24,000 bases of DNA. Origin: Treponema sp. (lineage in GTDB: Bacteria; Spirochaetota; Spirochaetia; Treponematales; Breznakiellaceae). Location of the stretch: the NCBI GenBank assembly GCA_009784935.1, contig WQXI01000016.1, forward strand, positions 442 to 24,441, given 5' to 3'. Shown piece by piece: positions 8,449-18,097 of this stretch (its first letter is position 1; each line of letters starts with the position of its first letter). The notes below the pieces were generated by a model that ran no database searches, was not told the DNA's origin, and saw nothing but the letters and a program-made list of their open reading frames with translations. The translations under genes and the position numbers were made by a program.

Positions 8449-9024
8449 ATGAACAAAACACATTTGGCGTGGGAAGAAACCAGCCGCAAAAAAACATATG
8501 AATGTAAGATATTTTCGATTTCGGAGTCTTATTGCAAATCACCGAGGCAAATAACGAAGGCTGATCCAAAAGCTGAACCGCACACTTTTACTATCATCGA
8601 TACAAAAGATTGGGCTATTGTTATTCCGGTTATCGAAACCCCTGCGGGCAAAAAGTTTTTAATGGTGTGGCAGTGGCGGCATGGCTCGCAATGCCTGAGC
8701 CTAGAGTTTCCAGGCGGTGTTTTTGAACCCGGCGAAAATCCGGAAGAAGCCGCCGCAAGAGAATTATACGAAGAAACAGGATACAAACCGCAAAAGATAA
8801 AAAAGCTTGGGGATTTTAGTCCTAACCCGGCAATGATGTCAAACAAGGTTCACTTTTTTCTTGCCGAGGATCTAATTGATACAGGTAAGCAAGAACTAGA
8901 CGAAGATGAATATGTCGAAATTGAAATAGTCGATGCAGACGAAGTTATAAAAGGAATGGGCAAAGCCCCGTACATTCATTCACTTATGGGAACTGCCCTG
9001 TCGTTGTATTTCCAAGACAAGTAG
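8449..9024 (+). CDS. NUDIX hydrolase (ADP-ribose pyrophosphatase-like)
   Basis: Nudix box GGVFEPGENPEEAAARELYEETG. Confidence 0.92.
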   Translation: MNKTHLAWEETSRKKTYECKIFSISESYCKSPRQITKADPKAEPHTFTIIDTKDWAIVIPVIETPAGKKFLMVWQWRHGSQCLSLEFPGGVFEPGENPEEAAARELYEETGYKPQKIKKLGDFSPNPAMMSNKVHFFLAEDLIDTGKQELDEDEYVEIEIVDADEVIKGMGKAPYIHSLMGTALSLYFQDK

Positions 9025-9034
9025 AACTCTTATG

Positions 9035-9166
9035 GCGGTTTACGACGTTTTGCAAAGCAAAATGTAAGGCGGCTTTCGCCGCCCGTAAACCGCTGAGATA
9101 GACGACGTTCACGAAGTGTAATGTCGTCTATCGTGTAAGTATGCGACGTTTTAATGTCGCATACTT
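9035..9166. terminator. Cluster of strong inverted repeats between convergent genes (possible bidirectional termination region)
   Basis: 9035-9093: outer stem GCGGTTTACG/CGTAAACCGC enclosing two hairpins; 9097-9132: GATAGACGAC..GTCGTCTATC; 9137-9166: AAGTATGCGACGTT-TT-AATGTCGCATACTT. Confidence 0.6.
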
Positions 9167-9170
9167 GTTA

Positions 9171-9866
9171 CTATCTTGGTATTTCCAAAACCATGCCGGG
9201 AAGGATTAAATCAGGATTGTCTGGTTCGGGCATTCTGGATTTGTTGGCTTCATAGAGTTCTCTCCATCTAAAGGGATCTCCATATACCCAAGAATAACCT
9301 GCGATATTCCACAGACAGTCTCTTTCTACTCTCCATGTTCTTACAATATATTGTCTGTTAGAGCCGGTTGCAGTACCAGTGCCAGTCCCCGCTCCTGTTC
9401 CGGTTCCAGTACCAGTTCTTGAAGCCGATGCGGTTCTTCCGGGTTCGAACGCCGCAAATATTTCTATCGAGTTCATTGCAGCTTCGATTGCGTCACCCCA
9501 TTCTTCTTCTGATTGAGCGGCAACAGCTTCTTCGTAATATTCTTTTCCTTGATTAAAATTAATCGGGAACCTGTCTGCTATATTGTTTCTTTCGGCTAAA
9601 TCCATCAAACGTTTTGCTTCTATAATTAACTGTTCGGCAACATATTCGTCAGATAACCCGGCAAAAAGAATTGCTTCATTGGCGAACCCTGCGCTTGCCT
9701 GATAATCGCCGATTTCATACATTTCCTGCGCAAGTTTTGATAAACGAAGGCTTTCGATATAAAACTCATTATTGCTGATTCTTTGATCTACCTGTGCAAA
9801 TGCAGACACTGCAAAAAACAAGGATACAATCACAACTGCAATTATTTTATTGTTAAGATTCCTCAT
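9171..9866 (-). CDS. Exported protein with C-terminal LysM-like domain
   Basis: Signal peptide (IIAVVIVSLFFAVSAFAQ), helical N-domain, Gly/Thr linker (SRTGTGTGAGTGTGTATG), C-terminal YIVRTWRVERDCLWNIAGYSWVYGDPFRWRELYEANKSRMPEPDNPDLILPGMVLEIP. Confidence 0.82.
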   Translation of the reverse strand: MRNLNNKIIAVVIVSLFFAVSAFAQVDQRISNNEFYIESLRLSKLAQEMYEIGDYQASAGFANEAILFAGLSDEYVAEQLIIEAKRLMDLAERNNIADRFPINFNQGKEYYEEAVAAQSEEEWGDAIEAAMNSIEIFAAFEPGRTASASRTGTGTGTGAGTGTGTATGSNRQYIVRTWRVERDCLWNIAGYSWVYGDPFRWRELYEANKSRMPEPDNPDLILPGMVLEIPR

Positions 9867-10846
9867 CTTACGCCTCCTTCAATTAATCTTTCTGCTTCTT
9901 GAGCGGCTCCGCTGCTTTCTTCGATTTTTTCACCTGCAAGCCTGATAGCTTCTTCCGCTCTAACGCGCCTTTCTTCGGTTTCTTTTCTGGAGATTGCATA
10001 AATCGCTTCTGCTTCTACAAAAGTAATTCCGGCAACATTAAAGTTTTCGGCTCTAAAGTTTTCTTCTGCTCTGCCAAAAATAGCTTCTCCCTCGCGGAAA
10101 GTATCGCGGGAAGCAATGTTTGCTCTTTCTGATACAGCAAGTTCTCTTTCTGAAACAGCGGCTGTTCTGCGTTCTCTCGCGTACACTGTCCAACCGTTAG
10201 AAAGTACAATATTGTAACGAAGAAGAGCTTCTTCTGCGCCGGCTAAAGCTCCCTCTTTATCGCCTTTTTCGTATGCTTCGATTGCTGTCTGGGCAACGCT
10301 GTCGGCTCTGGTAAAATTGTCAGCGTCATATTGCGTAAATCCGCGATCGATGATTTCTTGTCTTGCCAAAAATACATTAGCGCCCATTTCAAGAGTTTCG
10401 TATTCTTCCAATGCCTCAAATGCGGTATCTCTTGCTTTGTAATAATCCTCTGCATCATACTGCTCTTTTGCGGCAAGCGCGAGATCATCTGCTTTTTTTA
10501 AGTATTCCGGGAAAACTTCGGTAAATCCTGTATGTATCAGCTGTTCCCTCGCGGCGAGAATTTCATCTTCTATTGCCTGAGCGTAAAGCGGAACTGTTTT
10601 CTTAAAAAGTTCGTCATAGGCATCTGCAGCAATGCTGTATTCGGCAGCACTGTTGGCTGCTTCGTACAGGGTTTCCAGAGTTTCCCATTCGCTGGGAAAA
10701 TAAGCCGGAACTTCAAAGTCAATTGCCCTCTGTCTGGCTTCCTTTGCCCTGTCTTCTTCGACTTTTGCGCCTGTGGTATTACATGAAACGCCTAAAAATG
10801 CAACCAATGCTATTGTTAATAGAATAAAAAAGCTGTTTTTCTTCAT
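9863..10846 (-). CDS. Helical-repeat lipoprotein, probable partner of the LysM protein
   Basis: Likely start ATG 10846: MKKNSFFILLTIALVAFLGVSC (lipobox); Ala/Glu-rich helical repeats; 4-bp overlap with the downstream LysM ORF. The track ORF extends to 10960. Confidence 0.75.
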   Translation of the reverse strand: MKKNSFFILLTIALVAFLGVSCNTTGAKVEEDRAKEARQRAIDFEVPAYFPSEWETLETLYEAANSAAEYSIAADAYDELFKKTVPLYAQAIEDEILAAREQLIHTGFTEVFPEYLKKADDLALAAKEQYDAEDYYKARDTAFEALEEYETLEMGANVFLARQEIIDRGFTQYDADNFTRADSVAQTAIEAYEKGDKEGALAGAEEALLRYNIVLSNGWTVYARERRTAAVSERELAVSERANIASRDTFREGEAIFGRAEENFRAENFNVAGITFVEAEAIYAISRKETEERRVRAEEAIRLAGEKIEESSGAAQEAERLIEGGVR

Positions 10847-10910
10847 TAACCCCTCCTTATCGGGAATAAAAGCAGTATACACGATTTTGAATTTTTGGTA
10901 AAGAGTTTCT

Positions 10911-11144
10911 ATGGATAAAATAAGTTTCGAAATAACCAAACATTTTGGTGTAATTTCCAAAGAAAAGAGCGGATGGCAGAAGGAATTGAACCTTGTGTCG
11001 TGGAACGGCAGGGCTCCAAAGCTCGATATCAGGGACTGGGCGCCGGATCATGAAAAAATGGGCAAAGGCGTGACTCTTACAGAGGGCGAAGCGGCGGCTC
11101 TGGCAGAACTGCTGGTTTTTGCCCTCGCCAAAGAGGGGAATTGA
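10911..11144 (+). CDS. YdbC/PC4-like small ssDNA-binding domain protein
   Basis: 77-aa ORF: ISFEITKHFGVISKEKSGWQKELNLVSWNGRAPKLDIRDWAPDHEKMGKGVTLTEGEA matches the conserved YdbC-type PC4 family pattern. Confidence 0.87.
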   Translation: MDKISFEITKHFGVISKEKSGWQKELNLVSWNGRAPKLDIRDWAPDHEKMGKGVTLTEGEAAALAELLVFALAKEGN

Positions 11145-11154
11145 TAAAAGAAGA

Positions 11155-11267
11155 GTTCACACGGAGACGCAGTGACACGGAGGACACGGAGCGAATTCTA
11201 AGGTTTTTACTTTTCCTTACCTTATTCTTTGTGATCTCCGTGCCTTTGTGCCTTTGTGTGAGGGAAT
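11155..11267. repeat. Diverged copy of the 'CACGGAG' dispersed element
   Basis: TTCACACGGAGACGCAGTGACACGGAGGACACGGAGCG ... TGTGATCTCCGTGCCTTTGTGCCTTTGTGTGAGGG form inverted arms. Confidence 0.7.
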
Positions 11268-11361
11268 TTACATAAAATAGCTATTGAAGAAAACGAGCGA
11301 ATTTGATAGCTTTATATCTGGGTTCTGATTTGAGCCCAAAATCAATTAATTTCAACCTTAA

Positions 11362-13020
<1,659 letters not shown>

Positions 13021-13134
13021 GCGAACTGTGTTGAAGAGCCTCACACGGGTCTTGCAGCGAAGCTTCTAGCAGGCACAGAGACACAAAGTTTTAATTTAGG
13101 TTTTAAGATTAGGAGCTGTCCGAGAAGAATTAGA

Positions 13135-13226
13135 GACCACAGAGGACACGGAGTAACACAGAGGTTTTTGTTCGAAAATCTTACGCTCTCCGTGAAACTC
13201 CGTGTACTCCGTGGTTAAATTCTTAC
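13135..13226. repeat. 'CACGGAG' palindromic dispersed element, intergenic copy
   Basis: ACCACAGAGGACACGGAGTAACACAGAGG ... CTCTCCGTGAAACTCCGTGTACTCCGTGGTTAAATTCTTA; arms are imperfect reverse complements. Confidence 0.85.
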
Positions 13227-13288
13227 TTATTGGACATCTCCTTTTTTTTGGTATGTTGAAAGTAACGTCATAAAAGTATACTCTTTGA

Positions 13289-14920
13289 ATGACCATGGAA
13301 AAACAAGACGCCGTCGCTCAATCAATTAATACTCCGCAAACAGTAACGCAGACTGCGAAAACACTTGTCCGCCATGGAACTGTATTGTCTCTTTTAACGC
13401 TGATCTCCCGCGTTCTTGGTCTTCTTAGGGAAATGGTAAAAGCAAGGTTTCTTGGCACTACTGCCCTGTCCGATGCTTTTTCTGTGGCGTTCCTTTTACC
13501 CAATTTGTTCCGCCGTCTTTTTGCAGAAGGTTCTATCTCGGTTGCTTTTATTCCTACTTTTAAAGAACATTTACTGGAAGCTAATAAAGAAAAAACACGC
13601 GAGTTTTTATCATCTATGTTCACCTTTCTTACATTTTTTGTAACGCTTGCTGTTTGCGCCGGTATACTTGCCGCTCCTTTGCTTGTTCGCATTTTTGGAA
13701 TAGAAGAATTTGACGAAACAGTTTTTTTAACAAGAATAATGTTTCCGTTTCTTGGATTTATTTCGCTTGCGGCATTGTTTCAGGGTGTATTAAACAGCCT
13801 GCATATTTTTACGCCATCGGGGCTTGCGCCGATTCTGTTAAACATTGTTACCATTATCGCAGCTTATGTTTTAAGTCCTTACACCGCAAACCCAGCGCGG
13901 GCGATGGCGATTGGAATTCTAGTCGGTGGTTTTTTGGAAGCGGCGATTCAACTGCCGTTTGTATTAAAAAAAGGACAAACATTTTTTATAACAGGATTAA
14001 AACGCGCGTTTAGCAATCCCGGCGTAAAAAAAGTTTTACTGCTTATAGCTCCAACGATTATCGGAATGGCAGCTTATCAAATAAATGATTTGGTTTCTAC
14101 TGCGCTGGCAGGAAGAGCGGGCGAAGGTGTTGTATCCAGCTTGCAGTATTCTCTGCGGCTGCAGGAATTGTTTCTTGGCGTGTTTGCGGTTTCTATAGGG
14201 ACAGTGCTTCTGCCGAATCTTACCGAATACGCAAAAACTTCTCAGTGGGATATTTATAATAAACGGCTGGTTTCTTCCATTAATATTATTGCATTGATAA
14301 CGATTCCAGTTACTTTCTTTTCATTAATGGAAGGACAGAATTTAATCCGCCTTCTTTTTCAGAGTCATAGCTTTGATGAAACTTCGGTTACTCTTACTCT
14401 GGCGGCATTTACATTTCATATGCCGGGGCTTTTGTTTATCGCGCTTAACAGAATTATCGCGCCTGCATTTTATGCGCAAAGTGATACAAAATCACCGACT
14501 ATTGCGGGGATAATTTCTTTTGCCGTGAATATTACCCTTGCCGCTGTATTGGTAGGACCGTACCGGGGAGCGGGAATTGCGTTTGCGCTTACTATTGCTA
14601 GCGCGATAAATACAATTGCGCTTCTTGTTATGCTTGGCAAAAATCCCAATATTGACTTAAAAGCCGTTATAACTCCATCATTATTGTATATAATTAAAAT
14701 GGTTATTCTGTCTGCGCTTGCAATTGTTCCGTTATATTTTATTTCGCCGGTGTTACGCGAAGTTTTTACAGGACACAGCCGTATAATAACGCATGGAGCG
14801 CCGTTAATTATAAATGCTTTTATTTATTTTATTCTTGGAATAACAATGCTTGCGATTGTAAAAGATAAAAATTTATTGGGCTTGCTCGATATGATCAAAA
14901 AGAAAAAGGAAGTACAATGA
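13289..14920 (+). CDS. murJ: Lipid II flippase MurJ (MviN family)
   Basis: LISRVLGLLREMVKARFLGTTALSDAFSVAFLLPNLFRRLFAEGSISVAFIPTF, multiple TM segments. Confidence 0.95.
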   Translation: MTMEKQDAVAQSINTPQTVTQTAKTLVRHGTVLSLLTLISRVLGLLREMVKARFLGTTALSDAFSVAFLLPNLFRRLFAEGSISVAFIPTFKEHLLEANKEKTREFLSSMFTFLTFFVTLAVCAGILAAPLLVRIFGIEEFDETVFLTRIMFPFLGFISLAALFQGVLNSLHIFTPSGLAPILLNIVTIIAAYVLSPYTANPARAMAIGILVGGFLEAAIQLPFVLKKGQTFFITGLKRAFSNPGVKKVLLLIAPTIIGMAAYQINDLVSTALAGRAGEGVVSSLQYSLRLQELFLGVFAVSIGTVLLPNLTEYAKTSQWDIYNKRLVSSINIIALITIPVTFFSLMEGQNLIRLLFQSHSFDETSVTLTLAAFTFHMPGLLFIALNRIIAPAFYAQSDTKSPTIAGIISFAVNITLAAVLVGPYRGAGIAFALTIASAINTIALLVMLGKNPNIDLKAVITPSLLYIIKMVILSALAIVPLYFISPVLREVFTGHSRIITHGAPLIINAFIYFILGITMLAIVKDKNLLGLLDMIKKKKEVQ

Positions 14921-16260
14921 TAACGAATGTCAGGTATAAAAACCTTCCTACGGTTGTTCTTGCAGGCCGTCCCAATGTGGGCAAGTCTACTCTCTTTAAC
15001 CGCCTGCTCAGAAAGCGAAGAGCAATTACAGATCCAACTCCGGGAGTAACGCGCGATCCTGTCGAAGCAGATTGTCTAATCGAAGGAAAGCCATTGCGTC
15101 TTATCGATACAGGCGGTTTTAAACTTGTAGACCTCGAAAGCATTGATAAACTTGTAGTAGAGAAAACATTAGAAACTATAAAAAAAAGCGATCTTGTTGT
15201 TTTGCTTTTAGAAGCTGGTGATATAACAAGCGAAGATGAAGAATTAATCGACCGCCTGCGTCCGTACCGAAAAAAATTGATTGTTACAGTTAATAAAACA
15301 GAAGGCGGCAGAATGCAGGCTGACTCCTGGAATGTTATGCAATTTGGATTTGATAAAGTTTTTATGATTTCTGCAGAACACGGCGACAATATCGGAGAGC
15401 TTCAGCAGGAAATATTAAAACGCCTTGATTTTTCCAAAGTAGAAGAAGACACAGAAGAGCAGGCTATCCGTATCGCGCTTTTGGGAAAACCAAACACCGG
15501 CAAATCAACATTATCAAACAGATTAACAGGAGCAAACGCTTCTATCGTAACAGATATTCCCGGGACTACAAGAGATACTGTAGAAGGCCGCTTTAAATGG
15601 AAATCAAAAAACTTTGTGATACTCGATACTGCGGGGATTCGGCGCAAGGCGAAAGTAACAGAAAACATCGAATATTATTCTGTTAACCGTGCGATAAAAA
15701 CAATCAATGACGCTGATATTATTGTTTTAATGATAGACGCAGAAGAGGGGCTCTCTGATCAGGATAAAAAAATCGCAGCTCTTGCTCACGATAAAGGAAG
15801 AGGTATTATACTAGCTTTAAATAAATGGGACATGATGCCTCAGGAAAAATATACTTTTAAAAATGCAGAAGACAGAATACATTTTCAGTTTGGGCAAATG
15901 GAATATGCGCCTATTATTCCCGTAAGCGCAAAAGACGGAACAGGCGTCGATAAAATTTTAAACACTGCGGTTAAAATGTACGGACAGCTTAATACTCATA
16001 TTGGCACATCGCAATTAAATCAAGCGCTGGAAAGATGGCTGCAGGAAAATCCACCGCCTTCCGGTCCTCGCACCCGCTTTAAAGTAAAGTACGCCGTACA
16101 AAAGTCCGCAAACCCTGTGCATTTTATCTTTTTTACTTCCCGCACAAGAGCTGTAAGCGATTCATATATTTCTTATATAAAAAATAAAATCCGCAAAGAC
16201 CTGGGATTTTCTCTTATTCCGGTGATACTGGAAATAAAGGATTCTACAGGAAGTAAATAA
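14917..16260 (+). CDS. der: Ribosome-associated GTPase Der (EngA)
   Basis: Tandem G domains: GRPNVGKSTLFNRLL..DTGG and GKPNTGKSTLSNRL..DTAGIRRK; C-terminal KH-like region. 4-bp overlap with murJ. Confidence 0.96.
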   Translation: MITNVRYKNLPTVVLAGRPNVGKSTLFNRLLRKRRAITDPTPGVTRDPVEADCLIEGKPLRLIDTGGFKLVDLESIDKLVVEKTLETIKKSDLVVLLLEAGDITSEDEELIDRLRPYRKKLIVTVNKTEGGRMQADSWNVMQFGFDKVFMISAEHGDNIGELQQEILKRLDFSKVEEDTEEQAIRIALLGKPNTGKSTLSNRLTGANASIVTDIPGTTRDTVEGRFKWKSKNFVILDTAGIRRKAKVTENIEYYSVNRAIKTINDADIIVLMIDAEEGLSDQDKKIAALAHDKGRGIILALNKWDMMPQEKYTFKNAEDRIHFQFGQMEYAPIIPVSAKDGTGVDKILNTAVKMYGQLNTHIGTSQLNQALERWLQENPPPSGPRTRFKVKYAVQKSANPVHFIFFTSRTRAVSDSYISYIKNKIRKDLGFSLIPVILEIKDSTGSK

Positions 16261-16302
16261 ATAACCAATTGACATAATTCGGCTTTCGAGCCAAAATGAA
16301 GT

Positions 16303-16878
16303 ATGAACATTGCAAACAAACTTACTCTGTTAAGAATCATCCTTGCTCCTGTTTTTTTTGTCATTTATTTAATACCCAACGCTTCTCCCAAGTGGACAAT
16401 ACCTGTTCTTTGGGCGATTTTTATCATATCAGAAATAACCGATTACTTTGACGGTTTAGCCGCAAGAAAACTTAATCAAGTAAGTGATTTTGGAAAACTC
16501 TTTGATCCTTTTGCCGACACCATCGTACAGATAACATGTTTCCTTTGTTTTTTAATCGATGGTATTTGGGGCGGAGGTCTGCTGCCGGTAATTCTTTTCC
16601 TTATAGTTGTCTACCGTGAGTTTGGCATTCTTTTTATCCGTAATTTAATGTTAAAAAAAGGAATAACTCTCGGCGCGAGTATATACGGAAAACTAAAAAC
16701 TGCCGCATATATCTGCGCTGTCGGCGCTGCTCTTCTTGCCGCAAGTTTAGAAAGGCTGGCTTTGTACGAATCATATCTTTTATATGTCAGACTAGGCTCT
16801 CTTGCAATATTCATTATCTCAGTAATAATCGCAGTCGTATCATTTTTTGACTATTTAATTAAATATAAAAAGAATTAA
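16303..16878 (+). CDS. pgsA: CDP-alcohol phosphatidyltransferase (PgsA-like)
   Basis: Conserved motif DYFDGLAARKLNQVSDFGKLFDPFADT. Confidence 0.9.
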   Translation: MNIANKLTLLRIILAPVFFVIYLIPNASPKWTIPVLWAIFIISEITDYFDGLAARKLNQVSDFGKLFDPFADTIVQITCFLCFLIDGIWGGGLLPVILFLIVVYREFGILFIRNLMLKKGITLGASIYGKLKTAAYICAVGAALLAASLERLALYESYLLYVRLGSLAIFIISVIIAVVSFFDYLIKYKKN

Positions 16879-16910
16879 TATAAAAGGTAATATATGTCAG
16901 CGGGCAGTAT

Positions 16911-18074
16911 ATGTTAGCAAGTAACATTAGAAAATTCAGCGCGCCGGGAAGAACAGAACTTGCTGGCAATCACACCGATCATAACCGCGGAAAAGTATTG
17001 GCGGCGGCTATTCAATTGGAAAACGCCGCTTCTGTTCAGCAGCGTGATGACAATATTGTATTTTTTAGATCTTCCGGTTTTTCTGATGTAGAAATTAACC
17101 TTGTTGACTCTAACGGTAAACCTGATTTAGATCCAAAACCGGAAGAAACCGGAAAGACAGAAGCGCTTATAAGAGGAATCGCGGCAGAACTCTATAAACG
17201 CGGCTCAAAAATCGGCGGATTTTCGGCTAACGCTGTTTCGACAGTGCTTCCCGGTTCCGGTCTTTCGTCATCAGCGGCATTAGAAGTTTTAATTGGACGC
17301 ATTTTTGACTGCCTTTACAGTGACGGAAAACGCAGTTTTTTAGAAATTGCGCAAATCGGCCAGATTGCAGAAAATGTCTATTTTGGAAAACCATGCGGTT
17401 TAATGGATCAGATCGCATGCGCTTCCGGCGGCGCTGTAGCTATTGATTTTGAAAACGCAGCTAACCCTGTTGTAGAACAAATCGAATTTGATCTTGCTGC
17501 TTTTGGATACATTCTTTGCGTAGTAAACACAGGCGGCAGTCACGCGGATTTAACCGCTGATTACGCTTCTATACCTGCAGAAATGAAATCTGTTGCCGCC
17601 TTCTTTGGAAAGTCAGTCCTTAGAGAGCTTGATAAAGACACTGTTATGTCCCGCGCCGCCGACATACGAAAAACTCTTGGAGACAGAGCTTTGCTTCGTT
17701 CGGTTCATTTCTTTGATGAAAACGAAAGAGTCGATTCAATGCTTAGCGCGATTAAATGCAAAAAAATAGATAGGTATCTAGAATTAGTTAATGAGTCGGG
17801 AGATTCCTCATGGAAACTTCTGCAAAATGTATATTCGCCGAACAACAATGCAGTTCAGGGTATTACAACCGCGCTTATGTTAACACAGGATTTTTCCCGA
17901 AAGCAAAAAATTTCAAATGCATTCAGAGTCCATGGCGGAGGTTTTGCAGGCACAATTCAAGTATACATGCCAAAAGACGCAATGCGCATTTACCTTCAAT
18001 ATATAGAAAATGTTTTTGGCAAAGGCGCTGTAACAGAACTAATGATAAGACAAGAAGGTGCTGTTGAGTTTTAA
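16911..18074 (+). CDS. galK: Galactokinase (GHMP kinase)
   Basis: APGRTELAGNHTDHNRGKVLAAAI, VLPGSGLSSSAALEVL, CGLMDQIACASGG, HGGGFAGTIQVY. Confidence 0.9.
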   Translation: MLASNIRKFSAPGRTELAGNHTDHNRGKVLAAAIQLENAASVQQRDDNIVFFRSSGFSDVEINLVDSNGKPDLDPKPEETGKTEALIRGIAAELYKRGSKIGGFSANAVSTVLPGSGLSSSAALEVLIGRIFDCLYSDGKRSFLEIAQIGQIAENVYFGKPCGLMDQIACASGGAVAIDFENAANPVVEQIEFDLAAFGYILCVVNTGGSHADLTADYASIPAEMKSVAAFFGKSVLRELDKDTVMSRAADIRKTLGDRALLRSVHFFDENERVDSMLSAIKCKKIDRYLELVNESGDSSWKLLQNVYSPNNNAVQGITTALMLTQDFSRKQKISNAFRVHGGGFAGTIQVYMPKDAMRIYLQYIENVFGKGAVTELMIRQEGAVEF

Positions 18075-18097
18075 TAATTAATGTATTATAATTATCC

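Noticed and set aside
13096-13296. Minus-strand ORF upstream of murJ
   Set aside because: Its sequence is essentially the dispersed element translated (TTEYTEFHGE...); more likely the repeat than a real gene, though useful as evidence for the folA insertion.
14895-15389. ORF antisense to der (164 aa)
   Set aside because: Antisense shadow of the Der G-domain region; no plausible family or initiation context.
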